Assembly (NCBI GenBank): GCA_963924565.1
Contig: OZ004609.1
Coordinates: forward strand, 6,510,001-6,574,000
Direction: 5' to 3'
Origin: Ascidiella aspersa
Taxonomy: Eukaryota
Length of the DNA: 64,000 nucleotides
Shown: in pieces, positions 1 through 11,700 of the stretch
Position numbering within the stretch: position 1 is the first letter of the stretch
Layout of the letters: each line of letters begins with the position of its first letter
Program-made: the position numbers and the translations under genes
The notes under the pieces: model-generated
Seen by the model: the letters and a program-made list of their open reading frames with translations, nothing else
What the model was told of the DNA's origin: nothing
Database searches by the model: none

Positions 1-2577
1 GCTATTACACTCCTATAATAGTTGCATAGACAAATGAATTCATAAGCATTCGGATTTCTTTGTAAAAATTAATTGTTTTATATTGCCAAATTTTTTTTCC
101 ATTTTTCATCATTATTCATAATCTTGTTTGTAGTACCTAAAGTTTAATACCCACATCCCTAAGCTTTACGAACTGGAATAGGCGTGGTTATCAATGTTAA
201 TTTATTGTAACTGTTTTGTATATATTTATTAGATATGTTTATCTGTATGTTATATACCAGACTAATTGTGGGGCTTGGCAGTATTTGCTGATTTTGATAA
301 TTGAAACGAAAACACTGCTTTATCATATAAACTTCCTGTGTGCGTATCTTTACCAATTTTAGATCGAATACCCAAACAATACAGAAGCCCGTAGATTTTT
401 CTAAAAATTTGGTGGTAAATTAATTTTTAAATCCCATAAAGAAAAGGAAAATATTATGTGAATATTTAAAATTAGTATTTTTTTTTTATTTTTTATGTAA
501 AGCGTAATTGAAAAAAAAACTCACAATATATTCTACTTCTTTTTGGCATTTCTACTACTAATTACAACGTCCAATCATTTTATATAAAGCATCAATGTAT
601 TAAAATGTTTTAAAACTTTAATGCACTGTCCCTAACTGGTTGTAACGCTTGAAAGCAATCATATCGTTTATATAAGTTGTGTGTTATATAATTTATGATA
701 ATTGCTCTTTACAATTTATGAAGTTTCAGATTTTCGGAAATGCTAGATTTGTGTGGAATTTGGTTGTGTACTTGTAATAGGACATGACTTATTTCGTGTT
801 GTTTAAATCACTGTGAGGTTTTTCAATCCAACATCTCCCCATTTTTAATTGTACCATACTTGGTTTTCCACAGAAGCTAGCACGTATATCCAACCGGTTT
901 AACTATTTAAACTATAGAAATTGAAAACTGTCATTTAAAAACTTAATTTATTTAAATTGGCCCCTTGCTAAATATTAAAAGGTTTATTACATTTTGGAAT
1001 TTGTTTTTAGCAAACCTTGTTGTGCTTTGTGTGACAACCAAATTCCGTAGTATTGCCACGCCTATATGTTGCATTTATCCCGGAGTAGAATGATTTTTAG
1101 CGCCATTTAAAAGTGTGCGTGATTGCGGGCGCCGCGAGAGTATTTTTCTGGTCTTTTGTACCAATTTTGGGCTGCGTGCATTGCCCTGATTTCAATATTG
1201 CAACTCGTTTGCGCTATTAGTTCCTATAATTGCTCAATTTTAAAGTAAATCTCTTGCAAACATGTGTCGAAGGACGACGTTTATTTGTACAAAACCCGCT
1301 TACATCAGGATTAACGGCAATTAACCGTCATATATTTGCGTGTGATGAGTGGCACTTTTACGTAAAGTAGTAATTCATTCAAAATAAAAACGAGGCGTTG
1401 CAATAACCGCTTTCTACCTATTGCAAAAACATACCCAATACTCTTTGTAATGCGATAATTATGAAATACCAGCATTTGCGAACGTTTATTTTTCTCGACC
1501 GTTTGGTCAAGGATACAGTAGCAAATGTCATATCTCACCAAGATGGTAATGTCATAAAAACAAACTTGCTTATAAGTTTAAGCGCCGTAATGTTTGTTTG
1601 CATTGCATATAAAATTTGCCACCGAATTTGCATATTAAGGTTTTTGCAGAAGGGCGTAACATGGGCATGAGAAATCACCACGTCGGATCAAAAAATTATT
1701 TACTTAGCTTTTTGACTAAGGCAATGTTTTTGTGCCGGACAGGCTAAAGACCGCTTGCGGCGTTAATGTGCATTCTACATAAACCAACGAACGCCATTAA
1801 ATCGTTAGCCATCGCTGCTTTGGGTAAACATCCGGTTTCGCCTTTGCAACGCTCGCCGTCAGAAATCTGACTAGCCGAGAGATTTGTTCCTCCAGAGATC
1901 GCACGACCAGCGTTTTGCCGTGGCTTGTTCACAGGAAGTCTAAACCGACTCGGCAGTTCTCAATCTACATTCTATATTTGTCGATTTTTGGGCGAAGAGT
2001 GTTTTTTTTTGCAACTGGATTAAATATTTGCTATGGCGGTTGTACGTTATTGTGCGTCGACTGCTGCGTTTTTTACGCATTTTTTTTTCGGAGGCTTTAC
2101 TCTTATGTGGCGTTATTTACTGCAAAGGCTTTGTTACGCGAAAAATGAAACGAATATTAAAATTAAGTATTTATTTTGTGTTTGCAAAAAGTGCATTCAA
2201 CCGCCCGCACGAACCCTTGCCAATTAACTTCTGTTCGTGTTAAAACCTTGATCGAGTTGCGTTTTTGCCCTTGCGGCGTGACGTAGTTGGCTCGCCGGTA
2301 TGACGTCACGCTGGACCGCTATGACGTCACGCGTAACCGCTTCGTCGAAAAAGTACGCGATGAACGTTTTGCGCGAATTGTTCGCTTGATGAGCGATGTT
2401 CGTTGCCTATGTGTTGCGTTTCGGCGACGTGTTGTAAATAAACATGTGAAACATGTCACGGACTGCGTGTTTTCAAGTTTTCTGACACTTGCTGCTGATG
2501 TCGTGCGTCGTTTCCCACAATTGCAGTGTTTTGTCATCAGTGTCAGTCGGATGAACCTGACAATTCAGCCCATTGAC

Positions 2578-2901
2578 CGTTCAAATTTGTTGATATAACT
2601 TGACCGAACATAATGTGTTTATTACGCTTGATTTTTTGCAAAATCCGAAATAGAGGAATGATTAAGTTTGTTTATTTAACTTTGCAGAACATACTGTGCG
2701 TTTTACGCTTGATATTTTACTAAAGCAAAAATAGGGGAACGTTCAAATTTGTTTATTTGACTTGACAGAACACAATATGCGTTTTACGCTTGATTTTTGC
2801 CAAAGTGTAAATAGAGGAACGTTCAAATTTGTTTATTCTTACCAAAACAATCATGCTGTGCGTTTTACGCTTGATTTTTAACCAGAGCAAAAATACAGAA
2901 C
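2578..2901. repeat. Tandem repeat, ~81-bp unit x4
   Basis: TACGCTTGA at 2623, 2704, 2785 and 2866; GTTCAAATTTGTT recurs in register. Confidence 0.9.
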
Positions 2902-3026
2902 ACCCCCTCCCCAAAATTTATTAGATGTTTATCTGTTGAAATATTTTGCCTCAACCAAGATTATTGGCTAGACTTTGCTTAAGTTCAATACTTTGTACGA
3001 ATATTTGAAAATTGTTGCTCATAAAG

Positions 3027-3204
3027 TGACTAGTTTACCAATTTTAATGGTTGATCGTTTTATTATCATATCAGTCACTTGGAAATGGCTTGTTTTGATA
3101 ATAAATTGAATTGGGCAACTGATGACTTGGACTGAGACTTAGCTTTTTGTTAAAAGACTTGACTTGGTCTTAAGTAATTTCAAAATGTCTTGTTTACAAC
3201 ACTG
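3027..3204. mobile_element. Truncated copy of the 42663-43018 MITE family
   Basis: AGTTTACCAATTTTAATGGT...GACTTGACTTG...TTTCAAAATGTCTTGTTTACAACACTG. The left end was not found. Confidence 0.7.
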
Positions 3205-4636
3205 TTATTATTTGATCAACAGCTCCACGAAATAAATTAGAAGTATTTTTCTCATAATTGATATGCGTATATTTTTTTCAATTTCCAAAAAATATTAAAA
3301 ATTAGGTTTTTGCACAAGGATTACTGGAACGAATCTGAGTTTCCTATTAAAAGAAAAGTAGTGCCCTTAACTATTGCTATAGTTTATTTTAAAGCCGGTA
3401 AACGACAGACACAAGAGAAACTATCCCAAATGAAGGAAACTGAGCTTTTCCCTTCTTGATCGTTTGGGTTTTTTTATCGGGCCGCAAAGCAACAAACCAA
3501 TTCTCCGAATTAATTAAGATAGCTTGATAACGTTAATAATGTTTTTTTATCCGATGCACCAAATATTATAATATCTGATTGCATTTGTCAGATAATTAAT
3601 AGGTCAATACGTTAAACGTTAAAGTTACGTTAAAGAACGCTTTATTGGGTTTGTCCCGACAACAATTGGTTATTTTAATGTTTCGCTTGTCTGCGAAAGC
3701 TACCGGGACTGTTAATGACGTAACACATATTCGACGCGATCGACCAGGTGAAGTGTGGCGATCGACTGGGATCACCGGAAATTAAATATCAAAATATTTC
3801 TTTACTGACACAACTACCAGGAACTATCAGACGTCATAAAATACAAGAATTGTTTTCAAAGTTTACACCAAAGTTGAAAGGGAGATTCACCGTATACGCT
3901 CGAAATCCACAAAATATCATTGTAAATATATTATTCGCATTTGGGTTGTATAGTGAAATTACCGTAAACTAAAAAGGCACCTATGTCAAGTTTTATTTTT
4001 CGAATGCTATTAATAGGCCTAACCCCTTTGTTCTTTAATCAGCCACAAATCAGAAAGATAAAGGAATTTAAAACTTTTTTTTTACGAAGTCAGTTTATTT
4101 GGCTTGAGTAGGTGGGCGAACTAGCAAGCTGGGAACCGCCAATGTAGAAATATGTAGATTGTAAAGGTGGTATAAAATAAAGCGAAATACTTCCCGCACC
4201 CTTATATAGTAGTAAATGTGTTACATGACACCCCTATGAGCGAATTACTTCATATCCACCATAATGTCGGTGCGTTGTGGCTTAGGCTACACGGCCATTG
4301 AATCGGACTTGGACACAGGACTGGGGTTGTTTAAAACCAACTTCGAGGCCCTGCTTTGCACACCAAATTGCAAATTGTTTTAGCACGATTTTACTGCTAT
4401 GGAAGAAAATAAAGAAACAAACGCGAAAAAGAGATAATAAAACGCCATGGGCTAATCCGATAATTGAAGAAAAGTCTGTTTTTTTATTATGGTTCAGAAA
4501 GAACGGGTATATTTTTTAGTCATGATATGTCATAAGGTTGTACGTCATAATGTGACCTCCTAAAACATCTTAGAAATATCGGTTGTTTTCAACCAATCAT
4601 AATATGTAAACGAAGTTTAGTCGTGTAGGCCTATGC

Positions 4637-5004
4637 CAGTGCTCTTCAACCTTTTTTGGTTTGGTGAACCCTTAAAGTTGTTGTGACGAACTCATGTACC
4701 CTGTTTACTTGAAAGGTAAACTGAGGAAAAACAGGATATAAAAAATCATTATTCATATCAATATCATAATGTCAATTAAACCAAGCGGAGCTGCAGAAGT
4801 TTTACACACTGTCGGTGAGAGCTTGATTTTGGCTGCAGGCTGCTTGCGAGTACTATTGCATGTCATACAACAGCATTCAACGTCAAATATTAAGGATTCA
4901 TTAAAAGTTTGTGATGCACCCTTGTATACCTTTTAGTAATGGTGCACCCCAAGCATATTTCGGTGCACCCAAGGGTGCACCATGCACACCGTTGAAGAGC
5001 ATTG
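4637..5004. mobile_element. hAT-like MITE
   Basis: TIRs CAGTGCTCTTCAAC / GTTGAAGAGCATTG; decayed 8-bp TSD gcctatgc/gtgtatgt. Confidence 0.75.
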
Positions 5005-5340
5005 GTGTATGTAACTGAAGTTAAACAAGAGCTCTGGTGATTTCTAAATTATATTATAATATTTAGAGATGAATTTGGTTAAAACTACCCTTTGCAGAGG
5101 TTTGTAAGTTGACCTGGCTTAACATGCAAGTGTAGCCTACAGTAACACGTTATTTCACCTATAGAGACATCTGATAATGTCTGATCAAAGATGATACTGA
5201 GATTAAATCAGTCCTATCTGATACGAAATTAATTTGCATTTTAGCCATGATTTGCATTCTAACTGAGCACTTTCCACTTTTAAATGTTAGGTTTTATAAA
5301 GTTCAGTTAAATTGTTAAACTGTGTTTCCAAGCTCTAGAA

Positions 5341-5680
5341 CAGGGGTTCTTAAACTTTTTTCACCGCCGACCCCTAAAATGTGTTTTGGCTTCGCCTGGA
5401 CCACGCTAAGCAAGATTTTTTTAAAAATGACGCCATAAATAGACGTCACAATACAAATAGACTTTGGAAATCTACAGTTTTTGGTCCACAAAAAGTGAAA
5501 GAAAAAAAGAGTATAAATACTTTCAGTGCAAAAACGTTTCATTTTTAATTAAACTCTTTTCTTAGAAAAATTGACTAATTTTTAAATATAAACTAATATT
5601 TCAATTGGGCCTTCACGGACCCCCTAAAACTAGTCCACGAACATCCAAGGGGTCCATGGACCCCAGTTCAAAAACCCCTG
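5341..5680. mobile_element. hAT-like MITE with perfect 8-bp TSD
   Basis: TIRs CAGGGGTTCTTAAACT / AGTTCAAAAACCCCTG; CTCTAGAA on both sides. Confidence 0.9.
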
Positions 5681-6814
5681 CTCTAGAACAATATTAGGCT
5701 TGATCTTCGCTTGGATAAAATAAGTTTGCCAATCTCGTTGGTGTATAAAGTTTAGTATCCTAATAAAGTTATTTTGCGTCTTTGCAAGGACGACTGTAGT
5801 TCTTGTGCAAAATATTGTATCCGAGTAAATGTAAAGTAGCCTAACGGACATCCCTGATCAAACCTTCAATTTGTTTGTTGACGTCTTGCGGAATAGTCAC
5901 GCATTGACGTTTATTAAGATTGTTATCCGAATTTACGATGATTTTTACCGTAAATTGGAGCAATCTTAAGTCAATTTTTCGCATGACATACGAACATAAA
6001 CGTTGTGATCGAAGCAGATTTGCGACTGGCATGCTTAATAATTGAATGTTATTGGTAATTCACAATGATACGCTCCCACTAAGGCAGTCCTGCACAACAT
6101 AGGGCAAGTGTCTCGTGCATCACGTGATTATTGAAGTCAAAAGTTTTGTCAATTTTAACCAAATTAAAGTACTTTTTACTTTTTTGCTCGATAATCAACT
6201 TCGCTATATGGCCGCGAAAAAAGCAAGAAATTTTGCTCTTTGCAGCCATTTTACCACTTCGAATTGTGCACGCCTGCCCCAAGGGTTGTGCGCATTAAAT
6301 AGTCCAGCATATTGTTTCTTTGTGCTACGCATTTTTTGTGTACAGTTGTACACTATCTCTGTAGTACTTTAAAGTTCTGTTTTATTTTGTGTCTTCATTG
6401 TCGCCAATAGGGAATATAATCTGTAATTATGGAAAACAGTTGAATGAAGTTTGTATTCTAAATGTCTCAACAACCTAAAAGTAAAACATCGATAGCTTGA
6501 ATTAGGCTGGCGACCTAAATTGTAGAACAACAAAAATGAAAACCACCAACCATTGCAAGCACAGCATTTTACTTTGTGATATTCGCCACAGAAACGGAGA
6601 AAAACTGGCTTCGGCGCTTCACTGATGCAGTTTGACCCGAAATCCGCAGTTAATGTCATTTGGAAATTACACAGGTAAGATGAAACAGTTGCGCAAAGAT
6701 CAAAGCAACTTAAAAAACGTGAGAACATTATCATTTTCTTGCGTCTGCTGAAAAGAAACTGTCGTTCAGCGCAGGTAAAATTGATATTTTACCACAGTTT
6801 AAACGCTGTTGTTG

Positions 6815-6820
6815 TTTATT
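6815..6820 (-). terminator. Candidate polyadenylation signal of the collagen gene
   Basis: First AATAAA I found on the minus strand after the stop, ~1 kb downstream. Another lies at 6381-6386. Confidence 0.3.
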
Positions 6821-7501
6821 TGCTAGTGTTTTCTTGAATTAAATTCCGGAAAAATAAAAAAAATGAGCGAAAGCGAAAAACAAGGATGCTTTCCTAAGTC
6901 TACGAGGGACTGTATTTGATACTTAGGACCCGAAAAAGTTTTACATCTTGATAAATTTGGTTGCAGGCAACGATTTAAATTGCTAAACAGCATGAATAAA
7001 CGAGCACCTAAATAACAAATTATTACGAAAAAGAGGAACAATTTATGATGACGCTATGGATGACATGACGTGGGTAGGACAAGTACGGAAAAAAAGCAAA
7101 CTGAAATGTAGTTGATAGTAATCACCAGACGTATGCTGAAAATAGATTTTATGAAGTATAATATGCTGTTGAATTTGAAATCACCAAAATGTACAAAGGA
7201 TTCTCTTGCAAGACGCCGAACTAACTGATTGGTTTACGGCGCACTCTAATCGACAAAAAACAGGACAACAAAAAACTGTAAGACTAGCGAAAGGAACTGT
7301 CAAAAAACAGGGTCGGCTGCTACAAAATGTGTATATGATACAGAGTAATCAATGGCTCGTGTACGCTGGAGACAGATATTATGCGGACGAATGTGTGCAG
7401 AGCGAGAGTGTTAACTGTTTTAGTTTGTGCAGTTTGCACAATATCTCGGGTTGACAATGCGGTAGGCTAAATTCCTACTCAAATCGACATTTTGTTCCTA
7501 A

Positions 7502-7633
7502 GTATAGTCGTATAGTCGTATAGTCGTATAGTCGTATAGTCGTATAGTCGTATAGTCGTATAGTCGTATAGTCGTATAGTCGTATAGTCGTATAGTCGAA
7601 TAGTCGTATAGTCGTATAGTCGTATAGTCGAAT
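7502..7633. repeat. (GTATAGTC)n octamer array, ~16 copies
   Basis: Nearly perfect tandem array read directly, with a GAATAGTC variant near 7598. Confidence 0.97.
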
Positions 7634-7853
7634 ACAGTACAAGGTTAAACCTTTACGCTTTTCTCGCGTAGTTTTTTACCGAATAAGCTAGGCATTTATC
7701 TGACTGCACTGGCAACCCTTTGCCAACAAAAACAAGGACAAAAGCGCCTAAAAATGGTACGGAAGAACACAAAAATTACGCCGGTTTCGGGTGTATAGGT
7801 ATGCTGATTGGTGTAGACAGGAAGGGGGAATAGGTTTCGTTACGAGGTCCGAG

Positions 7854-8797
7854 TTAAAGGGCGAATTCGATTTCACCGGATCCATAATAGTCGTCTACGT
7901 CGGTGGTCGTCTCGATAGACGAGGTTGTGGTCGTTGCTTTGGTTTCTGAAAATATTTAACACATTTTAAAAGGCTTAACCTTCGTGCGAGCCAATATTGA
8001 TTATCTTCTATGTGCACTGGACACCCAAATGTGTTTCACCGTTTTGTTAATCGAAAGATCGATACATGCTGATAAGTTTGTTAGTTGATACTGTATGTTG
8101 CTACAAGGCATAGTATGATGTTACTACCGGGCATAGTTTCATTTTAGTTGACATACATCAGTTAAGTCAAAAAATAATTTTCTACATTTTTCGAAAATTT
8201 AAAAAGAACTATTTTCGATTGACCATACGAATCAGTGTTTCTCAAACTTTTCATGCAGCGACCCAAATATTGACCGTAAGTACAACAGAGGAGCTTATGA
8301 AACCCAATTTCCTTAACTTAACTTCTTGCAACTTAAAGTGAACAAAACAGAAATTAGACAATAGCATAAAAAAAGTCCAAAATAGATTAATATAAGCCTT
8401 TTCTTCGTGTTTCAGCAAATTTGCCTGAGAACCAATCTCAATAAAGCTGACAATGTGAAGTACTACAGTCGGCGATTTAACCGAATCAATGAGGGGCCCA
8501 TTTTTTAATCGCTAACTATGAGTTGAGAAACGCTGATAAAACTAAAAGTGAAAATCAAAACTATACGTTACAATCGAAAGAATGTTAAAACAATTGCTTT
8601 TTCAGAACACCAAAGACTAGTCAAGCAAATAGCAGTCGCAGTTAGGCGAAAAAGCAAGGGTCATGCAAACGTTATTAGAGAGTCAGCGATATACGAAACG
8701 CGAGCTAAAGGTAAGCAAAAGAAACAAAGGCGTCATTGCGACAACAAACCTGGAATGAACTCCTCGTACTCCAAATAGTCCCGTTCGCTGTTGTCCG
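7854..8797 (-). CDS. Last two coding exons: acidic, Thr/Tyr-rich C-terminal tail
   Basis: 8750-8797 (SDNSERDYLEYEEFIP) and 7854-7945 (ETKATTTTSSIETTTDVDDYYGSGEIEFAL*). Both have tttcag acceptors and phase-1 junctions. Confidence 0.75.
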
Positions 8798-11700
8798 CTG
8801 AAAAAGTTCACGCGGACCAGTTAATGAATGCAATTAAACGTGAAGCACCCAGACAGACAAACTTGGCATTCTCATTCGCACACCAAATGGATTCAAGGGA
8901 AGCAAAAGGCCGAATTATGATTTGGTTTATGTTTCAAAATTGAAAGGTGTTACTTATTTCAATTCTTTCTCAAATTAGATGAATTAAAGCGCTTGGAATC
9001 ACATTAAAGGCCTACAATCGGCACGGGCCGTGTTAAGGCTAATCGAAAGAACAACGTTGTGCACTTTGCAGGCACAAGTTGATTGACAACTGGAAATTTC
9101 ATACGTAGACATGAAAGTAATCGCTGAGTCAAATTACAGGACATGACAAGACAGATTATATCAATAAAATTTTACATTCAATACAATAGGAAGAAATAAA
9201 ACAATGCTCTAGCTAGAATTACTGAAGTATAAAGGTTTAAAATCTGTTGCAAAAAGTAGGAAAGCTATTCCTGTTTTGTTTTTCATTAAGCTGAAGATGG
9301 CTTCGGCTTTGATGTTAAGAAAACGTTTCTGTTAGAAGTAGGCCTACATTTTTCTTGATATTTTACGATAATTCTGCAAATATCACCACCCTTATGTACA
9401 ATCCAAACAATGAGTGTAGATTATTTAGTGGCGTGCAAAAGTGCAGCGGATTGTTAAATGGAGAGACAAATCAAGTGACCAGTATAATCCATAGAAACGT
9501 TTATTTCGGACCACTCAGCGGTCAATTGGTGTTTTTCATGGTTTTAATAAAGCGTTTGATTATGGCTAAGATATGTCCTCCTTTTTCAAAGAAATGGTCC
9601 TCTGGGGATAGTGAAAACTTTCAAAAAGTGTAATGTTTTGCAGTGTGGGTTATTGCTTATAGGTTTAACACAATTACATTTTACGCGGCCGTTCGGCATA
9701 AGAGCTTGGGTCAAATTACTTCATTTTTAAACACTTCAATGTTTCCTTTTATATTGTTTAGGATTTATTTATTCGAAATTCAACTCTTTTTACCCGTGTA
9801 TGATCTCCTTAAACGTTATTTACATTCTTAGCGAGTACGGGACCAATTCACAATCAAACACTACTAAAAGTTTCTAGTTAAGGACTTATACATTCCCTAT
9901 GCACGCCACTAAGGTTAATGCATTTTTCAAAGGGGTGCAGTTAAAACCATGCTGTTCCCTTTGGTTAAAACCAAGTAAACAAAACCGTACACAAAAGCGT
10001 ACAAGGCACAATGTCATCCAGGACGATGCACTAGTTTAGAGTCTGGTTATCTCTTTGCAAACTGCACAACTACTGTACACTACGTGAGAAAAAAAGACAA
10101 TCAAATTGCGTTTGATGATCAGGTAACCAACGCGTATATATGAGAGCTTAAGCGACCTTACGTCGGCTAAGCGAGGTTCCACTTACATCTAAAAGTGCCG
10201 CCAAAGGCTGTGCAGAGTTTGCGGACCAAACTCTCTTGGATGCTGGCGATGCCCCTGTAGTCCTCAACGCTGTACACGCGCTCGCTGTACGGTCTGGAGG
10301 CGATTTCACGCAGTTCTACCTTTTCGGCCTCACCAACGCCAATTGCGAACACAGTGACGCCTGAAAACGACAATTAGATGTTTAGGCATCACATTTTTGA
10401 GAATGATTTTCTACTGCGAGGTTCGGTGGTAATGTAGGAAAACACTTTTTTTTAGATGTTTGCCGTTATTACAGTAAATTGGGGCTCGTATAACTGAATA
10501 TAATGCCAACCAAACATGTTTAAACAGGAATTTAATGTTGATTAGAAAGCTCAACCAGAAATAGGCTCATACATTATATAAAATTTTGGTTTTAGAAAAT
10601 TGCTATCCGGAAATATTTTTCTATTTAGAACTTAAAAAGCAGTTTTTGCTAAAATAGTTTAAATTCCGTAGCTCGTAAACTTTATGTGATAGGAAAACAC
10701 TAATAACAGATTTGGAATCAATGGTCTAAACTCCAAAGTACACTAGAATCAGTTGAAAAACCCTGTGCAAGAAAAATTGTGTTGCCCATTGTTATTATAG
10801 CCATATCGCATTTATGTTTGACACAGAATTGAAGCCTCTTACCTTGCATTTTTGGACTATTTCGGACTATGTTTTAAAGGCTTTCAAGATCGAAAACTCT
10901 CCATCTATCCATGGTAAAGTTTGTATTACTACGAGGGTTTACATAAAATATTTGTGCATTCGATAAAGTTAATAAAAAATGGGCTATTAAAGGAAATCTT
11001 GCACACAACAAACATCAAAAGGTCGATTTCACTAAGAAAAATAAAATCGTTTCACTTATGCTCTAAAAACAGTTTTACATTGTGCTATCATTTTCAAGTT
11101 TTGGCTTGGTGAAAGCAAAATGCCAATAAAATTACTAAAACTTGCCCGAGTTTTTCAGAGCTTCAGCTGGTATCTTTACATCGTCCTGACTCATCCCGTC
11201 AGTGATAACAACGGCGACCTTAAAATCATAAGGAGATAGTGGGTAAAACTTGCTCCACAAACAAAAGTAAAGCATTTAAAAGCACAGAACTTAAGTCAAA
11301 GGGCATCTGAGAATAAACGGCCAATTATTTAATGGTAACTGGGCGTCATAAAAACGATGCTTGACTAGGTTTGTTTCTATTAATATCGATCTTGCCTTTC
11401 AAAAAGGTAAAAAAGAGAAAACAATTTGCATTAGGTGCAATTAAATATAGCTTGAAACCTATTTTTTGCTAATATACTCGTAAAATTTGAAAAAAATAGG
11501 CGTGACTATGTTTATTATTCCTATCATTGTTGTTCTAGATATTTCTGAAGTTGATAAAAGAGGAATATTTGCATTAGGTGCAATTAAATAAAGCTGGAAA
11601 CCTATTTTTTGCTAATATACCTTCACCGCCTTCCTGTTGCCTGCTATCTCATTGTACATCGCGTGAACGAACTCTAGAGCTGCCCCTGTTTGGGTACCGC

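Noticed and set aside
2578-2901. Regular repeat resembling a CRISPR array
   Set aside because: Whole units are homologous with no unique spacers, the context is eukaryotic, and there are no cas genes.
4265-4350. tRNA/SINE-like segment (similar impression near 31550-31680)
   Set aside because: No cloverleaf or clear A/B boxes could be built.
6369-6750. 121-aa minus-strand ORF and a nearby acceptor as an extra terminal exon
   Set aside because: Phase-1 splicing into the acceptor stops within five codons, and the ORF has no recognisable protein features.
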